From Macrostomum lignano (taxonomy: Eukaryota): 64,000 nt of DNA. Made by a program: the position numbers and the translations under genes. A model generated the notes under the pieces. It saw only the letters and a program-made list of their open reading frames with translations. It was not told the origin of the DNA and ran no database searches. This document shows positions 63,852-64,000 of the stretch, one piece after another; the stretch's first letter is position 1, and each line of letters opens with the position of its first letter. The stretch covers positions 16,259 to 80,258 of the forward strand of contig NIVC01001589.1 in assembly GCA_002269645.1 (NCBI GenBank), given 5' to 3'.

Positions 63852-64000
63852 GGGATTGTAGAAGGATAGCTTAGATTATATAGAAATATTTTCTACAGCC
63901 TGAATGAAACCTTCGTTTTCGTAAAGCAATTATTAAAAAAGCATTGAAGATTTTAAAGGCAGTTTTTAACATCTCCGAACAATTAATGTGACTAATTCAA

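Overview
Eukaryotic, intron-containing, repeat-rich animal DNA. The style suggests an invertebrate, possibly a Macrostomum-like flatworm, but this is a guess. Scattered homopolymer indels suggest long-read assembly error. Left half: the 3' part of TMEM97, a dead Ngaro/DIRS tyrosine-recombinase retrotransposon, eRF3/GSPT1 (5 exons, with MITEs and SINEs in the introns), NOP56 (3 exons, satellite-filled introns) and a GT14 core-2/I-branching glycosyltransferase. A ~13-kb 30-bp satellite follows. Right half, the main result: three ~6.45-kb head-to-tail copies of an APE-RT non-LTR retrotransposon (minus strand), plus a short diverged unit, sit inside a U5 snRNA gene. Every element 3' end joins U5 just after the invariant loop I (GCCTTTTACT|AAAGATTT). 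Every full copy begins with its own U5 3' half, including an Sm site and terminal hairpin. A complete U5 gene is therefore rebuilt at the 5' junction (63740-63851) and the target is regenerated for further insertions. ORF1 of this element carries an AlkB (2OG-Fe(II) dioxygenase) domain with intact catalytic motifs, upstream of its gag-like zinc knuckles.
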